Assembly (NCBI GenBank): GCA_020137815.1
Contig: CM035354.1
Span: 2,480,001 to 2,544,000 of the forward strand
Direction of reading: 5' to 3'
DNA from: Hormiphora californensis
Lineage: Eukaryota; Animalia; Ctenophora
Length of the DNA stretch: 64,000 bases
Positions 11,574-64,000 of this stretch are shown here, in pieces (the stretch's first letter is position 1; each line of letters opens with the position of its first letter). The position numbers were made by a program, and so were the translations under genes. The notes under the pieces are model-generated. The model was not told where the DNA came from. It was given only the letters and a program-made list of their open reading frames with translations, and did no database searches.

Positions 11574-14500
11574 ATGATGTTACGTACAAACACAAAACGC
11601 TTTTTGCGGCACATTTCCCGAACAGCAAACCAGTTTCAGAGGACACTGTCCAGTGGCTTTTTAGACAAAGCTGAAGGGTAGGTGACGAGCAAAATCAACC
11701 CCCTTCTTGGCTCTATCTATTCTAATCAACTTTTTTCCCAGTTGTCAGACAAAGCATGCCCAGGAGAATGCCAGTGTTTTGATCATAGGAGGAGGATGTA
11801 TAGGGACTAGTTTGGCCTATCACTTGGCAAAATATGGGATGAAGGATGTCGTACTATTGGAGAAAACAGAGTTAACAGCGGGCTCTACGTGGCACGCAGC
11901 CGGACTCACCACTTACTATCATCCCGGCATCAACATGAGGAAACTACACTACGATTCAATTCAGCTATTTAGGCAAATTGAGCGGGAAACGGGGCAGGAG
12001 ATTGGATTCCACGATACCGGTTCAATCAGACTGGGTCACACCAAGGAACATATGAATGAATTCAAGTTAGTACTGCCAGCAATATTGCGAGGATAAACCT
12101 GGTCCCCCGATCATGATAATTCTTGTTATGTTCTAACCCTCCCTTTACATTTGTAAAGGAAGGGTGGGGCGCCCGAAACACAGTCTAGTCAGGCAAGATA
12201 ATTCAGGCCTATGTGACAATAATTATGAAATCTGTTTTCCAGATACATGATGACAAGACATAATTGGCAGGATGCCGACCAACATTTGGTGGATCCAGAC
12301 ACAATTGCAGAGATGTTCCCCCTCCTGAACATGGAGGGCATCTATGGGGGACTCTATACACCCGGAGATGGGCACACCGACCCATACAGCTTGACCATGG
12401 TTTAGTGAACTAGAAATAGTGAAATTAATAGTTCAGCGTGTTGTAACTGCAACTTTCGATATATGAGTGAGACCCGTAGATTTATTGTAAGGGCTATTGT
12501 ATTTTGAAACTTGTTGAAAAAATTTCGTTGTATAACTTGCCCGACACTGATATTTTCCGGTAGGCATACGCAAAAGGAGCCCGTTTGTATGGTGCCAAAC
12601 TGCTGCAAGATAACCCCGTTCTATCTACAAAACAGCTCCCTGATGGAAAATGGCAGGTAGTTATACACACCAAGGAAGAGAAAGAGAGATATGGAGAGAG
12701 AAATAGAGAGAGTGAAAAAGAGAGTGAGGGAGAGAGAGAGAAAAAGACAGCGATCTAGTCAAACCTGTTTTGACCGCCAGCTATGTGCAGTATCATAGAA
12801 CCCGAAACCACACACACACACACACACACAGTACACACTTCCAATGTGGCATTGTGCTCTGATATGTACCACGTGGTGTTTTAGAGAGCACGTGATATGA
12901 AACTCTATCCCAACCTCTTTTCTCAGGTTGATACCCCCTCGGGCGCTATTGTAGCTGACCAGGTGGTAAATGCGGCTGGGTTCCACGCTCGACAAGTGGG
13001 CCAACTTGCAGGACTCGACCTGCCACTTGTACCCGTCCATCACCAGTAAGTGTACCATAAATTGTAGTAGGTTGTGCGTCATACTTCCACGTGCAAGAGG
13101 GGTACACCGTACTCAATAGTGAAAGATAGGGCGTATCAAGTCTCAATAGTGAAGATAGGGCGTATCAAGTCTCAATAGTGAAAGATGGGGCGTATCAAGT
13201 GTCAATAGTAGCCTGGGAGTAGCAAACATCTGGCTATTTGAAATGGTGGCTAATTTTTATTGAAACACCCCCTTTACAGGCTAGCAGGTGCACCAGATTT
13301 GTTTTTTAGACATTAGTGGGCTTGACTGCGAGTTGTGACTAGCCCACTGATGTCTAAAATCCAAATCTGGTGCGTACCTGCTGGCCTTTGCTGTGCAGAT
13401 CACATCCTACATTGTCGGGTACACGTTATTATGAGCACATCTGGCATCCATGAACCGACCGAATCAGGAAATACTGGTCCCTGATTGGCTGATAACCAGT
13501 CACGTGACCTAAATAACGAGTTCTGATTGGTTGTTTAATTGGTTCAGTCGGTTCATGCTGTTATCCCTGTCAGGTACATGGTAACAGCCAGTATTCCCTT
13601 CCTGGAGGATTGGAAAAAGAACCACAACAGGGAGGTACCTGCGATTCGGGATCTCAGGGGTTCCTACTACGTGAGACAGGAAAGGACAGGTACAATATAT
13701 CTTGAGCTTTTAATCTGTATTGACATTCCAAATTATAATAGAGTTGCAGTTTGACATGTCTGGGCAGCGGTTTGCTAGTTAGTTGGGACGCTGCTATACT
13801 AACATCACTAACATTACTAACATTACTAACATTACTAACATTACTCCCTCAACCAGGCCTGTTAATTGGACCTTATGAGGCTCAGGAGAAGATGGTGATC
13901 CAGGATGATTGGTATGACGCTGGACCTCCCAAAGGGTTTGGAAAGGAGCTATTTGAACATGATTTGGATCGACTGGACAAATGTATTGAACATGTTATTG
14001 ATTTGCTTCCCGTGGTAGCTGAAACAGATATTCAGGTAGACGTCTTTCTCAGTGTCCTTGGTAACGAAATTACCCCTCTGTAGGGCATTGCGATAGTAAG
14101 GCACGTTTTAGCGTGCCCGCAATGTAGGGGTAATTGCGTTACCAATCAGTGTCCTATCTACTAGTGTAATCGACCTTTCTTAAATTATTAGAAGGACGTA
14201 AAGTACTTGTATAGAAACTTACAAAGTAATACAAGATCTTGTATTACTTTGTAATCAGCTCCAGAATCTTGATCCTGTCGAGCGCTTTACCAGCAATCCC
14301 TTTACAAGCAAAGATGTATAGAAACTTAGGTTATTAATTAGCCGTGGCACCTTTTAATTCCAATAATTGTAACCCATCTCCCTCCTGAGTAGAGTGTTGT
14401 GGCTGGTCCTATTACCTACTCCCCCGACATTCTGCCCCTAATTGGACCCACCCACCGCCTCACCAACTACTGGCTTGCAGTCGGATTTGGATATGGAATT

Positions 14501-17500
14501 GCACACTCTGGGGGAGTCGGAAAATTCTTGGCCAGGTGAAAACACAAAATCATAATCGGCATTACTCATTACCCTCTCTTGACTCTTCCTCTGTTCGTAC
14601 TGTCTCAATTACCCGCGATTGAAACGGGGCGAACTATTAAATCTCCATTGCATTCTACAAGTTAGATTTCCCTCAGATCGACAGATCAATCTTCTCTTCT
14701 CTTTCCCAACTTATTCCACAACAGCCCCCTCCCTCTACAACTCCCTCTCTCTACATCTTCCTACCAACCCCCTCCCTCTACAACCCAGTAACCCCCACCC
14801 TCCCTCTACAACCCAGTAACCCCCACCCTCCCTCTACAACCCAGTAACCCCCACCCTCCCTCTACAACCCAGTAACCCACCCTCCCTCTACAACCCAGTA
14901 ACCCACCCTCCCTCTACAACCCAGTAACCCCCACCCTCCCTCTACAACCCAGTAACCCACCCTCCCTCTACAACCCAGTAACCCACCCTCCCTCTACAAC
15001 CCTCTCTCTCTACATCTTCCTACCAACCCCCTCCCTCTACAACCCAGTAACCAACCCTCCCTCTACAAACCAGTAACCCACCCTCCCTCTACAACCCAGT
15101 AACCCACCCTCCCTCTACGACCCAGTAACCCACCCTCCCTCTACAACCCAGTAACCCACCCTCCCTCTACAACCCAGTAACCCACCCTCCCTCTACAACC
15201 CAGTAACCCACCCTCCCTCTACAACCCAGTAACCCACCCTCCCTCTACAACCCAGTAACCCACCCTCCCTCTACAACCCAGTAACCCACCCTCCCTCTAC
15301 AACCCAGTAACCCACCCTCCCTCTACAACCCAGTAACCCACCCTCCCTCTACAACCCAGTAACCCACCCTCCCTCTACAACCCAGTAACCCACCCTCCCT
15401 CTACAACCCAGTAACCCACCCTCCCTCTACAACCCAGTAACCCACCCTCCCTCTACAACCCAGTAACCCACCCTCCCTCTACAACCCAGTAACCCACCCT
15501 CCCTCTACAACCCAGTAACCCACCCTCCCTCTACAACCCAGTAACCCACCCACCCTCTACAACCCTCTCTCTCTACATCTTCCTACCAACCCCCTCCCTC
15601 TACAACCCTGTCTCTCTACATCTTCCTACCAACCCCCTCCCTCTACAACCCAGTAAGTTACTGTAACCCACCCTCCCTCTGCAGATGGATGATGCGAGGG
15701 GAACCGGATTATGATCTGATAGAGTGTGATGCTGACCGGTATTCCGACTGGACTGACAAGAAGTTCCTCCTGGAAAAGGCGAGGGAGAGTTACGGAATGA
15801 ACACAACACCAGCATTCCCTGGGGAGGAACGGTGGGCAGCACGACCCACAAAACGAGTTAGCGGGATATACCAGGATACCAAGGACAGGGGCGCTGGTGA
15901 GTAGAAAATAGAAATGGGGTGGAAGTTAGCAGTTCATGATTTCTTAGCAGTTCACATTTCTAAATGTAATACTGTGCTGGAATAACATTTGTTCGGACAA
16001 TGAAGCCGCTTTCGGTCAAATCAAATAAGTCAGAAGAACCAACAGTAAAGATTATTTTCAACAGCATTTGGATTCCACGCCGGTTGGGAACAGCCCCATT
16101 GGTTTGCCCTGGATGGTGAGAGAAGGGACACCCCGGTCTGTTATGGAAGAAAGCATTGGCATGACATAGTGGGGAGAGAGGTTGAAACCATTCTAAACGG
16201 AGTCGGAGTAGTTGATCTGAGTCCGTTTGGAAAGTTCGAGCTGGAGGGACCCGGTGCCACTAAATTCTTGTCCTCAATGGTAGCCAACACCCTCCCTAAG
16301 GTGAGAACTATACAGCAGTTCAATTCCATGATTGAAGTATCAGTGCAGTACTTTTAACCCTCTCGATCTCAGTGTGTGTTCCGTCACACTCACAGTATCA
16401 CACATGTACACACCCCTTTACTTCTCCACATTCTGCACACAGGCTGGTCGGGTAAATATATCCCATATGCTGACTCCTAAAGGGAAGGTCATGGCTGAAT
16501 TAACAATCAGCCGACTTGGAAAGGACCGGTATTATCTTGTAACTGGTTCTGGCAGCGAGCTACATGATCTCAGGTTTGTTGTTGTTGTGAGACTAGACTG
16601 CTGCAGCCTGTAATTCGGTATTTCTGTGTTGCTTTTACTAGTTCCCTTCTCTCTTATTTTTACTCTCTTTCCTGCAAAGTTTGCATTTCAAAACCTGTTT
16701 AGTAACCTGTTCAGTGTTCTACTAACCTGTCTCTCAATGTGATAGCGGTGTGTTAATGTGTCCTCTTCATGCAACACGAAACCTGTTTGAGACAAGTGTC
16801 CTGCCAATTGTTCGAGGGTAATTGAAACATCTGCCAAGACCCATCCCCCTTCACAGGTGGTTGAAACATCACGTCCCAGCTGATGCTAAGTTCACCCTCA
16901 CCAACGTTACTGAGGAGATGGGGGTGCTGGGTGTGGCTGGCAAGTACTCCCGAGATGTAATGCAGAAGTTGACAGGGGAAGATATGAGCCATGAGGGGTT
17001 CCCCTTTTTGGAGTGCAGGGAGATGGAAATGGCGGGTGTACCAGTTCAAGCTACACGTATCTCATATACAGGTTGGTACAATTCTAGATCAGTTCAATGT
17101 GTTTGTATTTACGAATTGCCAGCATTTAAGCTGCTTGTTGTGTCAAGCAACACTCGTGTGATTGATGATGGTGTCATATTAATATACTACATATTTAGTG
17201 ACAGGCTATGTAGGCTCTATCACATAATTTGCTAACAGGTGAACTAGGCTGGGAAATTCATCATGATGCAAAGCACACGGCACAACTATACCGCCGAATT
17301 CTTGAGGCTGGCTCTCTCTACGATATCAAGGATGTTGGCACGTATGCAGTCAATTCTCTTCGTCTTGAGAAAGGATTCAGGGGCTGGGGAGCTGAGGTAA
17401 CTTTGGCATGAGTCCAGCTTCTCTCACAATCTTGTAAACAGTGGTCAAACCTACCTGACGACTCTCACAAAACCGGTTATATTTGAGAAAGATAAGAACG

Positions 17501-18382
17501 CGCGACTGACCCACAACCGCGCATTAATGAAAGTGTGCATTGTCAGCGTTTGTTTGTTGTGAACGCGCGGCGGTGAACAACCATGCGGCGGGCTATTTTC
17601 CGCGCTGACAAGATTCCTCCAAGCCCCCTCATTTTCAGATGAATCTGGACAAGAACCCCTATGAAGCTGGCCTCGATCCCTTCATAAAGCCTAACAAGAA
17701 GACAGCATTTATTGGCCAGGATGCAGTCAGGGAGATGAAGGGAGTGGAACAGAAAGTGAACCTTGTAATGCTCAACTTCCAGACACAAAATGTTGATCCC
17801 TATGGAAATGAGACGATTTGGTATGGTAACAAGGTAATGAACACCCCTTCGAAAACAAAATTGCTGACTACATAACATATGTTGTGTATGCGTTTGGGTT
17901 GGGCAAAGGGACACAATTAATTAACCGCCAAAGATCTGATCTGTATGGCGGCGCCATACCCCATTTGATTCTCAAGTGCGCAAGATAGTCTCAGCCTCAG
18001 TCTACATCCCCCAACTATTGTTCAGGTGGTGGGTAACACGACATCTGGAGGATACAGTTACCAGAGGAATTGCAGTATGTGCTTTGCATATGTACCTCCT
18101 GAATTAGCTACTCTGGGCAGCACTGTGTATGTGGAACTGATGGGTCGAAGGTAAAACACACACTATACAGAGTGTCCCTAAAATAATGTTCAACGCTGTC
18201 TTAGCTTTATTAGGCAGCTTGAACACATAATACATATTATGTGACATAGTCATAATACCAAGACCCCAACTAACTACATCCCCTATTTGTGCAGGTACGA
18301 AGCGACAGTAGTTGAGGACCCTATGTACGAGACAGAGGCTACACGGACAAGAAATGCTCTCAAAGCTGCCGCTACTCACTAA
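11574..18382 (+). CDS. DMGDH: Dimethylglycine dehydrogenase, mitochondrial. 16 exons: 11574-11677, 11742-12065, 12243-12399, 12564-12656, 12927-13045, 13574-13689, 13857-14035, 14393-14535, 15685-15896, 16065-16300, 16443-16573, 16857-17071, 17239-17396, 17639-17833, 18026-18150, 18295-18382
   Basis: Arg-rich N-terminal targeting peptide. FAD motif [17 protein letters not shown] and [13 protein letters not shown]. GcvT-like C-terminal motifs [46 protein letters not shown] junctions throughout. Confidence 0.95.
13114..13208 (+). repeat. 30-bp tandem repeat, 3 copies
   Basis: tcaatagtgaaagatagggcgtatcaagtc repeated. Confidence 0.85.
13279..13386. repeat. Imperfect ~108-bp hairpin (MITE-like) in a DMGDH intron
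   Basis: ggctagcaggtgcaccagatttg..tttagacattagtgggct / agcccactgatgtctaaaa..caaatctggtgcgtacctgctggcc. Confidence 0.7.
14058..14145. mobile_element. Small MITE family TTGGTWACGAARTTACCCCT...ACCAA with 8-9 bp TSD (also 23565-23664, 29201-29277, 47127-47186, ~51945-52000)
   Basis: TSDs tcagtgtcc (14058), gtttggag (23565), gacattccc (47127), a/gctaatata (29201). Some copies carry internal GC-rich hairpins with CTTCG/GCGAAGC loops. Confidence 0.8.
14765..15680 (+). repeat. 26-bp minisatellite (acaacccagtaacccaccctccctct)n filling DMGDH intron 8 up to the acceptor
   Basis: Direct reading: about 30 units. The last partial unit runs into ...ccctctgcag|, the acceptor at 15684. Confidence 0.95.
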
Positions 18383-18912
18383 TGACATGATATTTCCGGA
18401 ACCAGAGACAATTATAGACTCGTTATGTGCAGGGGGTTCAATAGGCAGATATGATATCGGCCCTTGTCAAACAAACATAGATCTCACTACGATACGAGAA
18501 GACTATTCTAGGCCGGGGTGAGGTCTACAGACACTTGTGTAGAACTTTAAACCAAACAAACCAGTGTATGATTTTTTTAACCAAACCAAAAACCAATGAA
18601 TGTATTTTGAGGGGGAAAAGAGAAGTGCATGATATAATTATTGATTAACAAATGTTACAGCTTCTATATTTTGACATTTAAACAAAAAAACATATTATAG
18701 TCGTATGTACACACGATTTTCTCCCAAAAATGATTCCCAGAAAATTTGATATTTTCTACCCTTCGATGACTCATTTCTCCCTACTACCAAATATCAAGTG
18801 TTCTACACACGTACAAAATCAAATCACACAATACAGTGTCACATGAAATAAACTAAAAAAGGGTGGTGGAAAATAATCGTCCCTGCTGCAGATGTCTTGT
18901 ATCAAGTTTAAC

Positions 18913-21900
18913 TCAGTTGAACTGAAAACAGGGGTGTTAGAAGTTGAAAAGGGTAGTTAAAATAACTAGGAAAGAATGCTTTATATTCAAACCACATATA
19001 TATATATACTGTGCTGATAATGCTATGATTCAATTCCCTCTCACACACTCATTCTCACTCTCACACACAGCTGGTTAGGCATTCCTCAGGATCTAACGTC
19101 CAGTCAACAGCGGGAGTAAACTAAAATAGCACACTTTAGCAGATATTCACTGGGGTTAGTGTTAGAGAAACTGAAATTATATATTTTTGGTGTGTTTCAC
19201 AGCTTATATACACTGGAATATATTCGAAATATGTCTAAATCGTTACCATTTTGAGGTATTCAACAGCACAGACTCGTCCACGTCCGTTAAGGCACAACTT
19301 CATCTCACTGATCTCCTTATCGATCTCAGTCATGAACTGAAATTAGAGATAATAGGTTAACGGTGTAACTGAACAGTAACTGAATTCTGAACGCTGAAGC
19401 CGATCACCAAATATAAACCTGTCAGAATCTGAGGGTTACACGCGCGCGGCGTTTGATCAGAATCGCGCGAAGAACAGTTGGGTTTGGAATGAGGCGTGAC
19501 ATGGCGCCCTACGTGCAGCAACACGGAACAAAATACAATATGCACCAATCGCCACACATTCCACACACAGGGGCCCCCTGTCAGGGGGTCGAGATGGAGA
19601 GGTGGCATGAGACAGAGGGACCAGACAAAGGTGCTGGATATGTCAACTACAGACACATTTGCTGAATTTCTTTTAAATGAGTTCATAAATCTTACTTATC
19701 AACTTCTAAGTTGTTCCGACGAACAATTTGGTTCTTCCAGTGTGACGGCACACAGATCATGTGTGTACAGATTATACAATTGGGGAAGGAGCTTCTAGAG
19801 ATACAAAGGGAAATAATGAATGTCTCACTGAAATGATCCTGCCCGGGACTGCTGTGATATCTGCTACAGTTGAACCCAGACTATTGGATATAGGCAGCGG
19901 GCAGCCACCAAGATAGAAAGATCCAAAAAAGACCTCATCGTGTTTGGCCTGAATCTAACAGTGAGGATGCTTCATGTTAAGAGGTCGATGTCTTCCCATC
20001 TTGAGTGTGGTTTCAAAAGGAGTGACAATGAAGTCTGAATGGAGGCCACCAGCTATCCCAGTTGGACCGTAAGGCGTAAAGATTTACTATTTTTGAAGAA
20101 TGTTTACTCAGCAAGGTCTAGTTTTTCTTCACATCCGATTTCTTAAGTTCATGATTTACACGCATAACGCAATAGATAACGACGAGCGACCGACAGGAAA
20201 TAAGTAATTTTGGATGCTGTTCCAATGCTCATTGCTCTCGCCTCTCAATGGACCCATCGCTCATCAGTGCTTCGTGACAAACACACCACTCCCAATTTTT
20301 CTATTATTTCTGCGTTCTTTTTAAAATCTCTCTCGCAATCAAACTAATCCAGTAACACAGTAAGCCACACACTAACCTCCATAATAAAGTCGATGAGTTT
20401 GTGTTTGTACATCTGCTCAGTATGGTAGTTGGTTATCAGAAAACTAATATCATAACCCTGCAATGGGGAAAGGGGATACAGAAAGTCAAAAAAGGTAAAA
20501 TACAGAATTTCAGTACAGTGGTTTCATACAAATCTGTGTCTAGAGAATACAGGATTCGGTTGATTGTTTATTAGCTGCATATAATCAGGTGAGGAAGTTA
20601 AGTTTAAATACCCCTTCCAGCTATGTCTAATTTATCACATATCTACTGACCTCAAGAGGCTTCCTTCGTAGGATAAAGAAGTTCTCTGCCCGCATCATCA
20701 TGAATCGCATGAACTTGTGACACAGAATCTTCTCAATCTCATCTGCCTGTCAGGGATAATTTAGTGAGCGGGGGGGGGGGGGGGGGGGGGGGGGTGTGAC
20801 GAGGACGAATATACTGGGAAAACGTATAACGGCTAAAAATTAAATATAATTTTAGATGAGTAAAGACAGGAAACTCACCTGTTTGATTGCAATACTCATA
20901 CGAAGGGAGTTGATGGATCCTTCGATCAGAACCTTTTCCCTGTCATTTCTACAAATCTCCAAGGGAGCAAATAACACTTCTTTAGAGGACCTGTGAAAGG
21001 TATTACTCGTCGTTATTCTTTCTTGGACAACCCATTTGTGGGTACGGGGTCCCCTCTTTCTCTCCCTCCCGATTCTCTCTCGCTCGCAGTGTCACTCTCG
21101 TGACAAGGGGAATTAAAAGGGCCAGGGTTCTCCCCTCGGAGTGTTGTAAAACTAGAAAATGTAATTCTCACCTAATTTCCACCTCGGGTTTCAAATGACG
21201 CTCCACTCGTTGAGAGTAAAAGTTCTCCAGACACATGGCTGCCTCAAGTGTAGTACGTACTGCATTCAGATATGGCTTGAGAGTCGCGGCCTGAACAAGA
21301 AGGGTTGATAAGGGTCCAGTTACTAGAAACTGGTGTCTGGAACAGACGGAGCAGTTTTCAATTGTAATGTATCTTGGTATCTTGGTATTGTCTTTGTGTA
21401 GATCCTACACCGGTGTCAGTTCCTTACAGAGCCTCCCCCTCCCTGGAACATTCCGTATCCAGTCCAATATTGAATTGTTGTTCTGTTTTTGGTATCCGAG
21501 TACCGGGGGACGATCCGGGAATCTCTTCAGCCATTTCCCCAGAAGTATCTTGAATGAGTCCAAATCTTCCGCTGAGTTCACTTCGCTGGGGAGGGTATTC
21601 CATAACCGGGTCGCTCTACTTGAAAACGAGTTGTGGTGCTTCGTCTGGACCGATTTCTGGGTGTTTGTGGGGTATGTAGGGATCTCTGCCTTTTTTCCAA
21701 GTCGGGTATGGTTGTAAAAGCGAATGCCAATATTGTTGGGGGCTTTTTCATTGGCCATTTTCCACATCATGACAACAGACAATGGTATAGCGCTCCCGGC
21801 GGCGTTGAAGGGAGAGGATGTTTAGGGTTTTCAAACGCTCCCAGTAGTTTACGTTTCCCATTCCAGTGATCCGTTTTGTAAACTTCCTTTGAATCGCTTC

Positions 21901-22045
21901 AACATTCTGGATATTCGAGATTTTTGGTGAGTCCCAGAGTGGGCAGCAGTTAACGGGTTTTAGGCGAAATACGAGCCGTATCTTTGAGTCTAGAGAATAA
22001 TCTGACATTCAGTTAGTTCTATGATAAATTACAAGCTCTTACCAT
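18913..22045 (-). CDS. ARPC4: Actin-related protein 2/3 complex subunit 4. Exons 22043-22045 (ATG only), 21172-21290, 20879-20990, 20651-20746, 20377-20457, 19247-19336, terminal exon most likely 18913-18921
   Basis: M|[40 protein letters not shown]|SSKEVLFAP...[18 protein letters not shown]|[32 protein letters not shown]|[27 protein letters not shown]|[30 protein letters not shown]|F.., about 169 aa. Absent from the ORF track because the exons are short. Confidence 0.95.
21367..21950 (-). mobile_element. 5'-truncated, frameshifted LINE ORF2 3' fragment in ARPC4 intron 1
   Basis: [54 protein letters not shown] / [28 protein letters not shown], followed by a short (ccaagata)n-like tail. Confidence 0.85.
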
Positions 22046-22059
22046 GGTTTAATCCTCGA

Positions 22060-22290
22060 AAAAGCCGCGTGAAAGAGAAAAAGAAAGGATCAAAAAGTTT
22101 GTTTCAGTTTTTCTTCCTTTTCTCAGACAAAAATTTCATAAAGTTTTTACGCGCGCGCACGTGAATTTCGAAACACTATGGAAAGCCGCGCATTTTAATA
22201 AATGCAATTGCGCGTGCCAAAAATTTTCTTCCTGAAATCAGGACTTTTTGTGTGATTTGAGAAGAAAAAGAGACGTTTTATTTTCGGCCA
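22060..22290 (-). promoter_or_regulatory. CpG-rich (CGCG) and poly-A/T putative promoter just upstream of ARPC4. Similar patches at ~3150-3230, 4405-4480 and 10540-10690
   Basis: Clusters of gcgcgcgcacg and aaagccgcg between A/T tracts, directly 5' of the first exon. Based on position and composition only. Confidence 0.4.
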
Positions 22291-22498
22291 AGAATGATAA
22301 ATAATACACAGAAGCCTGTGCTAATCTTAATTTCTCGTTGTCTTATCATTTTAGTTCATATTTTTACTTTCGCTAACCCATGGATCACAGATCACATCTT
22401 GATCTAAACAGTTCAATCATTCAAAAGTTTTCTAACGCAGATCTAAAACCAGAGTTTGTACATTCTACCGTCACGTGATCAGCTGATCAGATATCAGA

Positions 22499-48017
<25,519 letters not shown>

Positions 48018-49541
48018 ACTTCACATGCTAGGAGGGTGGTGATTGGGTTAGCGCTGTGTGTTTTGGGTGCGACGTGCGTCACAATATTAGCTCAGCATAT
48101 AGCTGTTACTTGTAAAACAAATATCAGAGCTGGGATCGGGGAAGGGAAAACTCTGTGGGCCTGGGACTAATAACATTTCGATAAAAATATATCCATCATG
48201 TAGGAAATATAGTAGAGTGTTTGAACTTTGAATAAATTCGATATTTCGTGAATTATAGGACATGAACACTCATAATCAAATTGCAAAGATAAGGGAGAGG
48301 TAAATCATGCGTTTGTCTATTTTTTGTTCCCTCTCTGTTACAGTATTAGAATTCAAAAGTTTAGTACAATATATATGTAGAGGCTTGAAGAGGTACCATT
48401 ATAGCTGATGCCTAGTCTGTTATGAGAAATAGATATATAGAAAGAGATAGAGAGAGAGAGAATGAAAAAGGAAAAGAAAAAGTTGTACATATATTTGACG
48501 TTGAGTAATGAGTAAGGAATTTTGACAGGCAATTCATGTATCATGTTAGCACGAGCTTAAATTTTGTTGTTAAAATCTACTTACAGTTACTTCTTCATTT
48601 ATTGCTTCTTCATTTAGTTTTTAATTTGTTGCCGCCTGCATGGTGTGCGAAAAAAAACTAACACTGTTAGTAGACCATGCATCTTACTTCTTAGATCGCG
48701 TTGACCGTCGTATGCAACGCTTTTAAATTGTGCATACTTTCTTTTTATTCGTGCGGGAGCACGAACACAGTGTCAGGCGCCTCAATTTTAAATTCGGGCG
48801 GCCAATATGACGGAGCCCCACTCACTGTTTGCTATGTTCTAACCCTCCCTTTACATTTGGGGCGCCCGAAACACAGTCTAGCCAGGCAACTCACTGTAAT
48901 TATCAATTCAACCATTCAACTATATTATAGTCATGCAATCGAGGTAGTCTTGATTAGCTGTATGACAAACGTGTACCTCCACCCTGTCACCCAATTTATT
49001 ACCCAAGTGTAATTGAAAGCTACGGTTAATTTGTTTTCCAAGTACCAACATATTTCGTGTTTACATTGTCTAATGTACCTCCTATACCTCTCAAACTAGA
49101 TTGTTTGCAACGTGGCAGGAGATGGGCTCCTCTTATTTCCGGAAGGGGGAGGTTTGATAGGAGGGAGATGGTGTAATATGAGAGTGATGATAGCAGGGCG
49201 AATGGAAGAGAGTTCTTATCTTTTTGGGAGGGGAATTGGAAATTTGACACTAATACTGTGATCACTTTGCTTAAACCGTCCTTTTGCTACTCGCGTTAAA
49301 TGTCTACGAAGCGTTATATGACCATACTCGTATTATTAGCTTTGTCCAGCGGTAGTTGGTATTTAAATAATGAAACATTGATCTTGCTCCCTCTTTTGTT
49401 AGTGAACATATAAAGCTCTGAGAGATTGTAGAAACGTTGGCGTCAGTCGACATACTAACATTACATATTCGAATATATGCTACAATAATAGTAGTAGTTA
49501 TAGAGTACTGCAGTCGCCATTGTAGTCAAGATAGAAGAGGG

Positions 49542-63873
<14,332 letters not shown>

Positions 63874-64000
63874 CTCTAGCTGTCACCTAGATACAGGACA
63901 GATATTTAGAGAGGAATGTGAAGAAGGGTACACTTTGGTGGGATATATCAGCGATCTGAGATTTAGCAACTAAGAATGTATGGATGACCATATATCTTCT

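Noticed and set aside
11707-12096. Sarcosine dehydrogenase (SARDH) instead of DMGDH
   Set aside because: [18 protein letters not shown] and LEKGFRGWG match DMGDH as I recall the family, whereas SARDH has GTTWHTAGL.
14765-15680. CRISPR-like array
   Set aside because: Contiguous 26-bp tandem units without spacers.
19800-19900. Possible C/D-box snoRNA in an ARPC4 intron
   Set aside because: Only partial box-like words, with no convincing terminal stem or guide sequence.

Overview
Eukaryotic (animal) genomic DNA: compact, intron-rich and dense in short transposon-derived palindromes and microsatellites. The small introns, antisense genes nested in introns, LDLa-GPCR without LRRs and splice acceptors just before start codons suggest a ctenophore (Pleurobrachia/Hormiphora-like). 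That assignment is inference only. Spliced genes reconstructed by hand: DERA (5' part, -), FBXW5 (-), DMGDH (16 exons, +), ARPC4 (-), HBS1L (11 coding exons over 25.5 kb, -) and HOP2/PSMC3IP (5 exons over 14.3 kb, -). HOP2 hosts two nested antisense genes, a plant/bacterial-type GT4 glycosyltransferase and an LDLa-repeat 7TM receptor. An HBS1L intron contains a duplicated exon segment bracketing a frameshifted CRNKL1 3' fragment, a CARS1 5' fragment and an intact PHD-APE-RT LINE flanked on both sides by (TC)n. This block is either a real rearrangement or, more likely, a haplotype/chimeric assembly join. Most notable observations: an operon-like FBXW5-DERA pair with unpaired acceptors; a 7-kb GPCR cassette that appears to split a minisatellite in HOP2 intron 1; a LINE whose ORF1 and ORF2 are in frame and separated by a single TAA; 44-100 bp TTG..CAA elements with 8-9 bp target duplications; a CCAAT/E-box MITE 12 nt from a start codon; and three candidate terminal exons of ARPC4. 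All exon models are manual and lack transcript evidence.
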